DNA from: an uncultured Candidatus Babeliaceae bacterium
Lineage (GTDB): Bacteria > Babelota > Babeliae > Babelales > Babelaceae
Length of the DNA: 64,000 nucleotides
Direction: 5' to 3'
Assembly: GCA_963704655.1 (NCBI GenBank)
Contig: OY969927.1
Coordinates: 736,001-800,000 of the forward strand
Shown: in pieces, positions 38,713-49,160 of the stretch
How positions within the stretch are numbered: the first letter of the stretch is position 1
Layout: each line of letters begins with the position of its first letter
Translations under genes and position numbers: made by a program
Notes under the pieces: generated by a model
The model's input: the letters and a program-made list of their open reading frames with translations, nothing else
Database searches by the model: none
Told to the model about the DNA's origin: nothing

Positions 38713-39544
38713 AATCAGTAGCAAGTAAGGTAATTGCTTTAACTAAAAGTTCATTTTTTTCAGCAACATTTTCTGCATCAAGTTCTTTAAGCTGCAAGCA
38801 CAATTCAATCAAAGCATCTTTTGCCGTTGAACTTATATTTTTTTGATGTTCAAGTAACTTTTCAACCAGATACGTAAAACGCATCTGCGCAGCCGTTAAA
38901 GCTTCTGCCATTTGGTTAATTCGGTACTTTTGCATATAAAAATCCATGCGCAAAAACTCTGCTTCAAATAAAAGCTTGTAACAATAGTCTTGGATAGTTT
39001 CAAGACTTTCTAAATATGTTATTTCATGAGGGAACTCTTTTAAGAAATCTTGAACCAATTTAAGGGTCTTTTCTGTCATCTCTTGGTCATGCTCAGCGTC
39101 AGAGCAGTCCCAATAATGGGCCAATATTTGACGATAAAGTGCCTCTTTTTTAAACTCAACACCTGGATATTCACGAACAAGTTGTTCAAACAGCTCACGT
39201 GCTTTTTCTAGTCTGCCCATGGCCAATTGAATGGTTGCCAACTCATAAAGACAGTCTGCGCGCTCCTGGTAATTGTCACTGAGCTTCATAATGCGCGCAA
39301 GAGCTTTTTCAATAAGCTCAATCTCATCCCGCTGCTCAAAATAAATACGCGCTGCACGAACTTCTTGAAGTGTCATATTTTTAATATTTTTTTTGGTAGC
39401 TTGCGCCGGCTCTACGGACTTGTCATCAAAATGTTCTGCCCGCTCTGTTTTATACGTGGTTCTATAGGCTTGATAGGGCCGCTTGCCACACCCGGTCAAG
39501 AATATAAAAACTAAAGCGAGAAGCGTTAACGATAATTTTTTCAT
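38702..39544 (-). CDS. bamD: BamD-like TPR lipoprotein
   Basis: Lipobox LTGC, TPR, EYP, DQ..T......F...FP. Confidence 0.8.
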   Translation of the reverse strand: MKKLSLTLLALVFIFLTGCGKRPYQAYRTTYKTERAEHFDDKSVEPAQATKKNIKNMTLQEVRAARIYFEQRDEIELIEKALARIMKLSDNYQERADCLYELATIQLAMGRLEKARELFEQLVREYPGVEFKKEALYRQILAHYWDCSDAEHDQEMTEKTLKLVQDFLKEFPHEITYLESLETIQDYCYKLLFEAEFLRMDFYMQKYRINQMAEALTAAQMRFTYLVEKLLEHQKNISSTAKDALIELCLQLKELDAENVAEKNELLVKAITLLATDYEN

Positions 39545-39630
39545 ATGTTTTACAACCTTATTCAACAAATACTAGTACTTTGAGCGTACCATCTTGGCAA
39601 AAAGCTGTAAATCACGGTAGACTAAAAGTT

Positions 39631-40350
39631 ATGGATAAAAAAATAAAAGCATGGGTTAAGTCCCTGCACTCACCAAAAACCCGTAAGCCTACCGGCTGTT
39701 GCATCGTTGAAGGGCTACGCACCTTCACCACTTTTTTACATTCGGTACATGTACTCAAAGATCTCTATGTAACGCAAAAAGCATTAAAAAATTCTGGCAA
39801 AGCGCTGGAAATGCATCATTATACCATTATCTCTGATACTGATATGGAGCAAATAAGTGCCGCAACAACCCCCAGTGGTATTTTAGCCATTTTTGAAATT
39901 AATCCGATAAAGGCACCTCTTGGTGCAGGGATAGTATGCGCTCGCCTTCAAGACCCAGGAAATGCAGGAACCTTAATCCGCACCTGTGCAGCACTTAACA
40001 AAAAGAGCGTTGTCTTTGTTGAAAGCGTTGACCCCTGGAGCCCAAAGGTTATTCAAGCAAGCGCTGGCACTATAGCACAAATGAATATTCATGAACTTTC
40101 GTGGCACGGGTTACAGCAGCAAAAAAATAATGTCCCGCTTTATGCATTGGTAACGCAGTATGGCCAACAACCAACAGTTGCACATGCCGATGGCCTTTTT
40201 GTGGTAGGCAACGAAGCTAATGGCATCCCGCCTGAATGGATTAAAGATTGTGACCAAAAAATCACCCTTTCAATGCCAGGAAATACTGAAAGCCTTAATG
40301 CTGCAGTTGCAGGCTCAATTGCGTTATACGAAACTCTTTTAAATAAGTAA
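39631..40350 (+). CDS. TrmH/SpoU RNA methyltransferase
   Basis: QDPGNAGTLIR, GNEANG, ESLNAAVA. Confidence 0.95.
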   Translation: MDKKIKAWVKSLHSPKTRKPTGCCIVEGLRTFTTFLHSVHVLKDLYVTQKALKNSGKALEMHHYTIISDTDMEQISAATTPSGILAIFEINPIKAPLGAGIVCARLQDPGNAGTLIRTCAALNKKSVVFVESVDPWSPKVIQASAGTIAQMNIHELSWHGLQQQKNNVPLYALVTQYGQQPTVAHADGLFVVGNEANGIPPEWIKDCDQKITLSMPGNTESLNAAVAGSIALYETLLNK

Positions 40351-40354
40351 ACCT

Positions 40355-41647
40355 ATGAACTCAAATAAACTATCTTTACGCTCAGCGATCTTTATCAATC
40401 TTAATATAATTCTTGGTACCGGGATCTTTATTAATAGCGCAAAACTTGCAAACCATATGGGCCCATGGGGCGCATTAAGCTACGCTACTGTTGGCGTACT
40501 TTTACTCCCCCTTATTCTTGCCATGGCACAGTTAGTAAAAATTCACAAGGGCGGCTCATTTTATGATTACGCGGCCGGTATTCACCCTTTTGTCGGTTTT
40601 ATCAGCCAATGGTGTTACTTTGTCGGCAAGCTTGCTGCCTGTACACTCGGAATTCATATTTTTGTTTCGTTAATGCAAACGATATTTGTGCCCTTACAAG
40701 GTTTTTCACCCATACTATTAGATAGTGGCGTAGTAGCGCTTTTTACCATGCTTAATATGCTTAACTTGCGTATTAATAAGTCTATACAAATAGGTTTTTT
40801 TGTTCTTAAAATGATCCCCATCCTGTTTGTTGTTATCACGGGGATTATCTATTTTTCACCAGAATATTTAATTAATATCCCCCTTAATACCGACCAACTT
40901 TTTGTTACAATTCCCTTTGCGCTCTATGCATTTACGGGCTTTGAAGCAACATGTTCATTAATTCACACGCTTGAAAACCCAGAAACTGACGGACCTAAAG
41001 CGATATTATACTCATATGGCCTCAGTGTTTTGATTGCAGTAACATTTCAAACTCTTTTGTATGCTTTAATCGGGCCTGAGTTAGCCCTGGCAGAGAGTTT
41101 TTTAAACACGTTTCCCCTGGTGTTTAAATTTATATTTTCAAACCTTTTGATTAAACAGTATGGCATTATTTTGATACACACGGCCATTGCTTGTTCTGCA
41201 CTAGGCGCTGCCTATGGCGTTATGTTCAGCAACGCCTGGAACTTATTTACTCTTGCAGAAAAAAGACTCTTGGGGAAAAATTCACCAGCATTATGGCTTT
41301 CAAAAAGTAATGTGCCGTATATATGCATTATCACCGAAGCGCTTATTATTTTAAGCTATTTGCAGTATACGCAAGGCGCGCAGGTTCCCTTACAACAAAC
41401 AAACACATTAGCATTAACGATAACATTTACACTCAGCGTGCTCGGGCTTGTTTTGTATAGCTTAAAAAGCGGGTATCAAAAATTACTCTTGGCACTTTTA
41501 GCATCGGCAAGCTGCATACTCTTATTAGGCTTTTTAATTAAAAACTTTATGCATTACCAAACATTGCCAAGTGCACCATTTTTAGTGCTTGTGGTAATGG
41601 GCATCATAGTTTTTTTAACGAACTTTAAGCAGCATCAGCGCGCATAA
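40355..41647 (+). CDS. APC-family amino acid permease
   Basis: GTGIF, GGSFYDY, AFTGFE, about 12 TM segments. Confidence 0.9.
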   Translation: MNSNKLSLRSAIFINLNIILGTGIFINSAKLANHMGPWGALSYATVGVLLLPLILAMAQLVKIHKGGSFYDYAAGIHPFVGFISQWCYFVGKLAACTLGIHIFVSLMQTIFVPLQGFSPILLDSGVVALFTMLNMLNLRINKSIQIGFFVLKMIPILFVVITGIIYFSPEYLINIPLNTDQLFVTIPFALYAFTGFEATCSLIHTLENPETDGPKAILYSYGLSVLIAVTFQTLLYALIGPELALAESFLNTFPLVFKFIFSNLLIKQYGIILIHTAIACSALGAAYGVMFSNAWNLFTLAEKRLLGKNSPALWLSKSNVPYICIITEALIILSYLQYTQGAQVPLQQTNTLALTITFTLSVLGLVLYSLKSGYQKLLLALLASASCILLLGFLIKNFMHYQTLPSAPFLVLVVMGIIVFLTNFKQHQRA

Positions 41648-42676
41648 ACAAACAATCATAGTAATAATGCTGGCCCGAATAGTGATCTTCATTTCTGGCC
41701 AGCCAAGTTTTTCATAATGGTGATGAATCGGCGCAATTTTAAAAACTCTCTTTTTAAAGAGTTTATAACCAGTAACTTGAATAATCACCGATAACGTTTC
41801 ACCCACAAATACAATTCCAGAAAGCGCCAAGAGCAGTTCTTGCTTGGTAAACAGCGCAATAAGCCCCAGTGTTGCGCCCAAAGACAACGCCCCAACATCG
41901 CCCATGAAGATCTGTGCAGGATAGGTGTTGTACCATAAAAATCCTAAACAGGCGCCGATTAAAATGACGGCAATAATGGCTACTTCAGCGGTTCCCACAA
42001 AAGGTATATGTAAGTAATGTGCAAAAACAGTATGTCCTGCACAATAGGCAATTAATGCAAACGTTGCAAAATTCGGTAACAATGCACTCACTGCAAGGCC
42101 ATCAAGACCATCGGTTAAATTAACCGCGTTACAGGTGCCCACAATAATAAAAAGCGCCCAGGCAAAATACCATGGCCCAAGGTCTGGATTTAAATCTTTA
42201 AAGACGGGAACACACAAAGTTGTTGTTGGGTTTAATAAAAAATACCATAACGTTAAAACTATCGTGCCCGCTATAAGCTGCGCTACCCACTTTTTAATCT
42301 CAGAGATCCCTTTTTTATGCCTGATCTTGCTCCAGTCATCCCAAAAGCCAATTGCGGCAAACAGCACCAACGTTGTTAAAATTATATACACATGAGGATC
42401 GCTTAAATTGCACCACAAAAGAATTGTGCTCACAACTACACTCACAATAAAGAGTCCGCCCATTGTTGGCGTGTTATGTTTTGCCTTATGGTTATCCGGA
42501 GTAAACTCACGCACCCCAGAACGGAAAAACTTTTTTGAGTGTTCTATAAACCAGGTACCAAAGATAAAAGAAAGCGCTAATGCGGTTATGAATGCCGCCA
42601 TGGCGCGGAAGCTGATCGATTCAACCACGCGGAAAAAGCGGATATAGTGCGAAAAATACAACAAAAGATGATACAT
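41615..42676 (-). CDS. mraY: Phospho-MurNAc-pentapeptide transferase
   Basis: TPTMGG, NAVNLTDGLDGL, FMGDVG, APIHHH. Confidence 0.98.
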   Translation of the reverse strand: MYHLLLYFSHYIRFFRVVESISFRAMAAFITALALSFIFGTWFIEHSKKFFRSGVREFTPDNHKAKHNTPTMGGLFIVSVVVSTILLWCNLSDPHVYIILTTLVLFAAIGFWDDWSKIRHKKGISEIKKWVAQLIAGTIVLTLWYFLLNPTTTLCVPVFKDLNPDLGPWYFAWALFIIVGTCNAVNLTDGLDGLAVSALLPNFATFALIAYCAGHTVFAHYLHIPFVGTAEVAIIAVILIGACLGFLWYNTYPAQIFMGDVGALSLGATLGLIALFTKQELLLALSGIVFVGETLSVIIQVTGYKLFKKRVFKIAPIHHHYEKLGWPEMKITIRASIITMIVCLCALMLLKVR

Positions 42677-42786
42677 TTATGTGTCCCCTTAATATTTTTT
42701 GGTAGTAAAGAACTTTAATAAGAATTAAGTTACGTGTAAACTATAGTAAAGTTTATATACATACAACATTTTTATAAAGCAAAACC

Positions 42787-43428
42787 ATGAATTCAAAAAG
42801 TATTAAAAAAAGTTTATTTTGGTGCGTTCTTAGTTGCATAAGTATTACTCAAGCTATGGATAGAACGTTACTTGAGCAGCCTGCAATACAAGAATACATA
42901 GAATCCCTTGCAAATGAAGCCTTAGTCAGAAAGAGCGTCTATGTGCTACCACCAGAGCAAGAAGATGCTATTCCAGAAATTGAACAATTCGATATGGCAG
43001 CCTACGTAGAAAAATTTAAAAATGGAATACCAGAAGGTGGCCAAGATTATCTACAAAATTCTGCAGCTGGATTCTTTGACGAAGATTTTAAAAAATATCG
43101 TTGTTTTGTTATTCCTGGGGCACAAGCAGAAGAATTAACTATTCAAGAGTTTCTGCAAAGAACAGAAGTTGCTAACCGCGCAGAATACTTAAGCGACTTA
43201 ATCGATGATTTGAATGCGCTTAAGGCTTTAGATATGGCCTTTTCATTGAAATTTGATGAATGGGCCGCTGCTGACTACCCCTCTGATTTTGGCGATCAGT
43301 TTGAATCCGATGACGATTTTGATGAAAATGATCCAATTCAAACATTACATGATACTTTAACTCTTGTAAAACCTGCGGTTATTCAAGAGATACTTAATCG
43401 GGTAAATACAGAACAAATGGCACTTTAA
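42787..43428 (+). CDS. Acidic hypothetical exported protein
   Basis: Signal peptide ending in AM. Confidence 0.7.
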   Translation: MNSKSIKKSLFWCVLSCISITQAMDRTLLEQPAIQEYIESLANEALVRKSVYVLPPEQEDAIPEIEQFDMAAYVEKFKNGIPEGGQDYLQNSAAGFFDEDFKKYRCFVIPGAQAEELTIQEFLQRTEVANRAEYLSDLIDDLNALKALDMAFSLKFDEWAAADYPSDFGDQFESDDDFDENDPIQTLHDTLTLVKPAVIQEILNRVNTEQMAL

Positions 43429-43467
43429 CATTTGCTGCTTAAAAAAATTCTTAATCAGAAAGCCATT

Positions 43468-43893
43468 ATGAAAAAAAAATTATTTTTATTAATAAGTATA
43501 TTACCTGCCATGTATGCAGCAGAACAGCCAAAAGCGCATAAGCAGACTCACTATGGACTCATAGTTGAAGATTTACCAAACGAAGATGAAGCTGATTACC
43601 CTGCACCTATTTTTTATGTAAAGGCAGCCGAGCTTGAATCGGAAAAAAAAGCTAGACTACAAACGTTTCACAACATGCTGCTTGACCCCTATTTTCAAGC
43701 TGAAGCGCTTCCTGAAGAAGAAATTCGCGATGCCTTAGAGCGAGAAAAAAGACATATTGATTTGACAACCATACCACTTAACCCTAACCAAGCGCCTGAA
43801 AAAGTATCATACCAAGAAATACCAAAAGAATTTCTAAATACATTATTACAAAAAGCTGTAAACAATTCAGGCAATAACCCAAAAGGTCTTTAA
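43468..43893 (+). CDS. Hypothetical exported protein
   Basis: MKKKLFLL signal peptide; start at ATG 43468. Confidence 0.65.
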   Translation: MKKKLFLLISILPAMYAAEQPKAHKQTHYGLIVEDLPNEDEADYPAPIFYVKAAELESEKKARLQTFHNMLLDPYFQAEALPEEEIRDALEREKRHIDLTTIPLNPNQAPEKVSYQEIPKEFLNTLLQKAVNNSGNNPKGL

Positions 43894-43970
43894 TAAGCAT
43901 GTAGTTAGGTGTAAACTAACATAGGTTTACATAAGAAATTCAATTTCAACAAAAAACAAAGTGTTTTTAC

Positions 43971-44000
43971 TTGACTTCCAATAACCCCTTTAGGTAAAAT
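43971..44000 (+). promoter_or_regulatory. Putative sigma70 promoter
   Basis: TTGACT-18 nt-TAAAAT, 40 nt upstream of ATG. Confidence 0.5.
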
Positions 44001-44039
44001 GTATATTAGAAATAAATTAAACAAAAGGATAAAGTTTTA

Positions 44040-45170
44040 ATGAAAAATTCACTCTATGCACTTTTCTTTACCAGCTTAGCTGCTTTCCCTGCATCTCAAT
44101 TGTTCTGCAGCGAAAGCTCAAGGCTCTCGCCAGAACAGCTGAAACTCTTTGCTTCAACTAATACGTATAAGGGACAAGAGATAACCCCGGGAAATATTCG
44201 TCAACTCATGCCACAAAAATCCCCTAAAGTAAGCAATTTTATCAGATCATGGCTAGAACGCCACGAGGACCTTGCCAAGGTTATGTCAGGCGCTGAAGCC
44301 TTTACGGGCGACAACCCTGTTATTACTCAGGATGCCCAGGGCCGTGGGGAATATTTCAAACAGACTCAAGAACGTATTGAACAAGAAGGCTTCAAAAATT
44401 TAAGCTCTTCAAGCAATACCGTTATCGAAATAGACGATTTAGTTGTTAAAGCTGGTAGCATTCCAAACAGACACAAAAATCTGGATGCCGAATTTGGAAA
44501 AGAATATGGAGATCAAATAACAGCTGCAGAATTAGAAGATTTTAACCAAAACCGAGGCGGAAGAACATTCCAGACAATAAGCAGAGCCGCAACCTATTTA
44601 CGCGGCATTGAGGCCAAAGAGCTTTTCAATCTTGACTGCACAACCTTTACAGAAACTGATCTCGTGAATATTCCTGGAAGGCCGGAGGAAGTTGCCGATA
44701 CAAATTATGTAACAGTTGAAAAAAAAGTTAAACCTGTTGCCGATTTACAAAACCATGCCCTTGCGTTAGATGAAGAAATCATGAGACAATCGCTCATTCT
44801 TATCGCATATACAGGTTTATGGAATATGGTCGGCTCTGGTGGCAACATCTTTGTGGTAAAAGATCCAGAAACGGGCAAATTGATAGCGTGTCACCACGAT
44901 TTAGAACAGCCTAATTTCCATCGCAAACCTTCAAAATTCCTAAATAACGATGTTGATAAATATGTTGCAAATATCCAACACGGCTGGGGCACTTATGGGT
45001 CACAGATTATTCAACCCTATGCTGAAAAAGTTGAAAAAAATATCGATTACACTGATATGCCAGAAGACCAAAAAGAATTACTCAAACAACTTCTTCGCGA
45101 TCGCGTTGCAACACTGCTAAAAACAAAGGCCGCAATCGAAGCTGAGCTATCCGAACACCTACCAAAATAA
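44040..45170 (+). CDS. Exported hypothetical protein, possibly kinase-like fold
   Basis: Signal peptide; LVVK, YVTVEKK, GNIFV, HDLEQ spacing. Confidence 0.6.
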   Translation: MKNSLYALFFTSLAAFPASQLFCSESSRLSPEQLKLFASTNTYKGQEITPGNIRQLMPQKSPKVSNFIRSWLERHEDLAKVMSGAEAFTGDNPVITQDAQGRGEYFKQTQERIEQEGFKNLSSSSNTVIEIDDLVVKAGSIPNRHKNLDAEFGKEYGDQITAAELEDFNQNRGGRTFQTISRAATYLRGIEAKELFNLDCTTFTETDLVNIPGRPEEVADTNYVTVEKKVKPVADLQNHALALDEEIMRQSLILIAYTGLWNMVGSGGNIFVVKDPETGKLIACHHDLEQPNFHRKPSKFLNNDVDKYVANIQHGWGTYGSQIIQPYAEKVEKNIDYTDMPEDQKELLKQLLRDRVATLLKTKAAIEAELSEHLPK

Positions 45171-45246
45171 TACAGATAGAATTTATTATTGCTAAAGTTC
45201 TGATGTTCCCCTTATACTTATACCTGAATACTATAAGGGGAATATC

Positions 45247-46038
45247 ATGATTAACTATTTCAGAAAATTTCTAGCTGCAATCTGCGTAACGCTTCTTGCC
45301 TTTCCGCTTGCAAGCTTTAAACTCGATCGGGTCATTTTAGCAACGGATGAAAATCCAACCTATATCCAATTTTGGCCGGTAACTTCAAGCATGTGGCAGC
45401 AAATAGTTCAGACAAGGCCAACGCTTGCGCTGATTGCTCACGATTATAGTAAATTAGACAATGGAACTGGCGATGTTGTCAGATTTGACCCCATTCCTGG
45501 AATACCAACCTGGTTTCAGGCACAAGTAATAAGAATTCTACTCCCAGCATTATTCCCTGAAGATGTTTGTATTATAAGCGATATTGATATGATTCCGTTG
45601 CAAAAAAACTATTTTACCGATTCTGTTGCACATCTGCCTTTAGACCATTTTGCTGTGTACAGAGACAAAGCCTATGGGCACCATGCCCCAAAGTACCCCA
45701 TGTGTTATGTAGCAGCTCAAGGGAAAGTCTTTGCCGAAATATTTAATGTTTATACCAAAGAAGATATTATTCTTAAAATCAAAGAATGGTATGCGCATGG
45801 CCATGGCTGGGTAACTGATGAAAAGATGCTTCACAGGCACCTTACTCAGTGGCACAAATTTTCAACTCACTGTAGCCTGCTTGGCCATGATGGTGGGCCA
45901 CGCATCGACCGCAGCAACTGGCAATACGATCCCGCGAAACTAAAAAATGGGCACTATATCGATTCCCATATGGTGCGGCCGTATCATAACCATAAAGACA
46001 AAATCGACACGCTTATCGCCGACTGCCTTGCTAAATAG
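45247..46038 (+). CDS. Exported protein, possible GT-A glycosyltransferase-like
   Basis: IISDIDMIP DxD motif, W.TDE, DSH. Confidence 0.55.
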   Translation: MINYFRKFLAAICVTLLAFPLASFKLDRVILATDENPTYIQFWPVTSSMWQQIVQTRPTLALIAHDYSKLDNGTGDVVRFDPIPGIPTWFQAQVIRILLPALFPEDVCIISDIDMIPLQKNYFTDSVAHLPLDHFAVYRDKAYGHHAPKYPMCYVAAQGKVFAEIFNVYTKEDIILKIKEWYAHGHGWVTDEKMLHRHLTQWHKFSTHCSLLGHDGGPRIDRSNWQYDPAKLKNGHYIDSHMVRPYHNHKDKIDTLIADCLAK

Positions 46039-46135
46039 TAGTAACTAACTGGGAAAAATCTTTAATAAGAGTAAAATTATAAGTAAACTAAGTTAGTTTA
46101 TAAAAATTTAATCTTTAAGAAGATATTGGGCCCAT

Positions 46136-48697
46136 ATGGAAAAAAAGTACGATCATCAGATTAATGAACCTAGAATAAAAGCCTTTTGGCACGAAGATGC
46201 CACCTACACCCTAGCACCTGAACAACTAGATGATCGACCTCTTTTTAGTATAGACACTCCCCCGCCTACCGTTTCAGGCTCACTACATATTGGCCATATA
46301 TTTTCCTATACGCATACCGATCTAATCGCGCGCTATAAGCGCATGAGCGGATACGCCGTATTCTATCCATTTGGCTTTGATGATAACGGGTTGCCCACAG
46401 AGCGCTTTGTTGAAAAAAAGAAAAGTATTACGGCTTTTAGCGTGGGCCGTTCAGAATTTATTAAACTCTGTCTTGCAGAAACGGTTGAAGTTGAAAAAAA
46501 ATTCCAAGATTTGTGGCAGACTATCGGCCTTTCAATCGATTGGAACCATTGGTATTCAACCATCGACGCACGAACACGCAAAATCTCACAAGAATCGTTT
46601 ATCGATTTATATAGTAAAAAATATGTCTATCGCAAGCAAGAACCGGCACTTTATTGCACCACTTGTTACACTTCTGTAGCTCAAGCAGAACTTGATGATG
46701 CAGAAAAAGAAACATTCATGACCACTATCGCCTTTACCGGCGCCGATGGTTCGGTGTTGCCTATAGCAACAACACGTCCAGAATTTTTAGGCGCATGCCT
46801 GGCAGTTTTATATAACCCAGAAGATGGCCGTTATAAGCATTTAAAAGGCACCGTTGCAAGCGTGCCACTTTATGGAACTACCGTTCCGTTATTGCCCGAA
46901 GAAACGGTTAAAATAGATAAAGGCACTGGGCTTGTTATGTGTTGCTCTTTTGGAGACACTACGGATATTGAATGGATCAAAAAACTTAATCTCACCATTA
47001 AGCCAATTTTGCAAAAAGATGGCCGCTTTCAGGCTGATTTAGAGTATATTGGTGGCCTAAAAGTTAAACCTGCCCGTGAAAAAATTCTTGCTGAACTTGC
47101 AACACAAAATTTGATTATTGAACAAAAGAAGCTTGTTCATAATGTCAATATTCATGAACGCTGCAAAAATGAAATAGAGTTTTTAAGTTTACCGCAGTGG
47201 TTTATCGATATTAAATCACATAAAGAAGATTTTCTTGCTATGGGCCGCCAAGTTATGTGGCACCCAGAATATATGAAATCACGATATGACAACTGGGTAG
47301 AGCATATCAATTGGGACTGGTGCATTTCGCGTCAGCGCTTTTTTGGAATTCCGTTTCCTTGCTGGCACTGCACAACCTGCGGTACCGTTATTTTTGCAGA
47401 AGAATCACAATTACCGATAGATCCACAAGAAACACCTTACCATAAACCATGCCCGCAATGTGGCAGCACAGAAATTGTACCTGATATGGATGTTATGGAC
47501 ACGTGGAACACGTCGTCATTAACGCCACAGATTGCTGCAGAGATGTTTAAAAAGGCGTACCCAAAAACCCATAAAACGTTATTGCCGATGAGCATGCGCC
47601 CGCAGGCACATGATATTATCCGCACGTGGGCATTTGATACCATTGTTAAATCGTGGATGCGCGACAAACATATTCCATGGCACGATATTGTTATCTCTGG
47701 CCATGTGCAAACAAATGATAAACAAAAGATCTCTAAATCGCAGGGCAATTCACCACTTGAACCAGAAAACTTGCTTAAAACGTACCCTGCCGATGTAATT
47801 CGTTACTGGACCGCCGGTGCTCAGTTAGGAACAGACACCGCGTTTTCTGAAAACCAGTTTAAAATTGGCCAACGATTAATTGTTAAACTCTGGAACGCCT
47901 GTTTATTTATTAAAGAACATGGTACCCCGCTAACCCTTCGACAAGCTCAGGATGAGCGGGTCTTTAGTGCTGAGCATTCGTCGAAGCATCAGGATGAGCG
48001 AGGGGAGGCCGCTCGTGGTGAGCGAAGTCGAATCCATTTGAGCGGACTTGTAATCCCGCAGGACACCATTAATAAATGGATCTTGCACCAAGCGACAGAA
48101 ACATTTGGTGCCTATAAAAATGCATTTGATGATTACCATTTTCATAAAGCGCTTGAAAGTGTCGAAAAGTTCTTTTGGAACGATTTTTGTGATAACTATC
48201 TTGAACTGGTTAAAGATCAATTTTTCAACCCGGCAAACTATAGCCCAGAACTTATAGCAGAAACACAGGCCGTTTTATATAAAGTCGGTTTTGAATTGAT
48301 ACAATGGTATGCGCCGTTCTTGCCGTATATCACCGAAACCATTTATCAAGAATTATATAAAGAAAACTACAAAGTAACATCGCTGCACCAAACAACGTAT
48401 AGTTCAGAACATGACCATTATGATTATGTTCATGAAGTTAAAGTTGTTGAGCTCTTACTGCTGGCAGTACAGCACGTACGTAAAATTAAAACTGATGCTG
48501 CCGTATCGCTTAAAACAGATATCAAGCTTTTAACTATCCACTGCACCGCGGAGCAGGAAAAACAGCTTGCAACGGTTGAAAAAATATTAGCCGGTGTTGC
48601 ACGCGCACAAGAGATACGTTATACAACAGTAAAACTTGAACAAGAAGTTTCACTTATTGATAATCAGGGCATTTACTCAATGGTAATTGATTTATGA
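46136..48697 (+). CDS. valS: Valine-tRNA ligase (short, archaeal-like type) with in-frame repeat insertion
   Basis: DTPPPTVSGSLHIGH, DWCISRQR, PQAHDIIRTW, KISKS. Confidence 0.97.
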   Translation: MEKKYDHQINEPRIKAFWHEDATYTLAPEQLDDRPLFSIDTPPPTVSGSLHIGHIFSYTHTDLIARYKRMSGYAVFYPFGFDDNGLPTERFVEKKKSITAFSVGRSEFIKLCLAETVEVEKKFQDLWQTIGLSIDWNHWYSTIDARTRKISQESFIDLYSKKYVYRKQEPALYCTTCYTSVAQAELDDAEKETFMTTIAFTGADGSVLPIATTRPEFLGACLAVLYNPEDGRYKHLKGTVASVPLYGTTVPLLPEETVKIDKGTGLVMCCSFGDTTDIEWIKKLNLTIKPILQKDGRFQADLEYIGGLKVKPAREKILAELATQNLIIEQKKLVHNVNIHERCKNEIEFLSLPQWFIDIKSHKEDFLAMGRQVMWHPEYMKSRYDNWVEHINWDWCISRQRFFGIPFPCWHCTTCGTVIFAEESQLPIDPQETPYHKPCPQCGSTEIVPDMDVMDTWNTSSLTPQIAAEMFKKAYPKTHKTLLPMSMRPQAHDIIRTWAFDTIVKSWMRDKHIPWHDIVISGHVQTNDKQKISKSQGNSPLEPENLLKTYPADVIRYWTAGAQLGTDTAFSENQFKIGQRLIVKLWNACLFIKEHGTPLTLRQAQDERVFSAEHSSKHQDERGEAARGERSRIHLSGLVIPQDTINKWILHQATETFGAYKNAFDDYHFHKALESVEKFFWNDFCDNYLELVKDQFFNPANYSPELIAETQAVLYKVGFELIQWYAPFLPYITETIYQELYKENYKVTSLHQTTYSSEHDHYDYVHEVKVVELLLLAVQHVRKIKTDAAVSLKTDIKLLTIHCTAEQEKQLATVEKILAGVARAQEIRYTTVKLEQEVSLIDNQGIYSMVIDL
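47927..48045. repeat. Family A composite (three units) in frame in valS
   Basis: ccgctaacccttcgacaagctcaggatgagcgg..tgctgagcattcgtcgaagcatcaggatgagcg..gccgctcgtggtgagcgaagtcgaatccat. Confidence 0.93.
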
Positions 48698-49149
48698 TTC
48701 ATATAAAAAACAGCCAACGAAAAATAGCCATTAGCGCAGATCAGCTCAAAACTGATCTGCAGATTATTTTAAACGCGCTTAATTATGCTGATTTTGATAT
48801 CTCGGTTTTAATTACCACCAATAAAACTATTCGTGAATATAATCGCGACTATCGCCATAAAGACAAAGCCACAGATATTCTGTCGTTTCCTTACCACCCA
48901 GAACTCAAGGCGGGCAAACGGATAAAAGTTAAAGAGGAAGAAGATAAAAATCTAGGCGATCTTATAATTTCAGCTGAATATGTCACCAAAGACGCCAAAG
49001 AACTTAACGTAACCTTTGAAACACGCATAAAAAAATTGCTTGTACACGGCGTGTGCCACTTGCTTGGTTATGACCATATAATCGATGCAGACTGGCGCCG
49101 CATGCGGGCAAAAGAAGGCTTTTTATTAAAGAAAATATTAAACCAATAA
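48694..49149 (+). CDS. ybeY: rRNA maturation endoribonuclease YbeY
   Basis: TDILSF, LGDLII, HGVCHLLGYDH. Confidence 0.97.
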   Translation: MIHIKNSQRKIAISADQLKTDLQIILNALNYADFDISVLITTNKTIREYNRDYRHKDKATDILSFPYHPELKAGKRIKVKEEEDKNLGDLIISAEYVTKDAKELNVTFETRIKKLLVHGVCHLLGYDHIIDADWRRMRAKEGFLLKKILNQ

Positions 49150-49160
49150 CTTTATAAACT

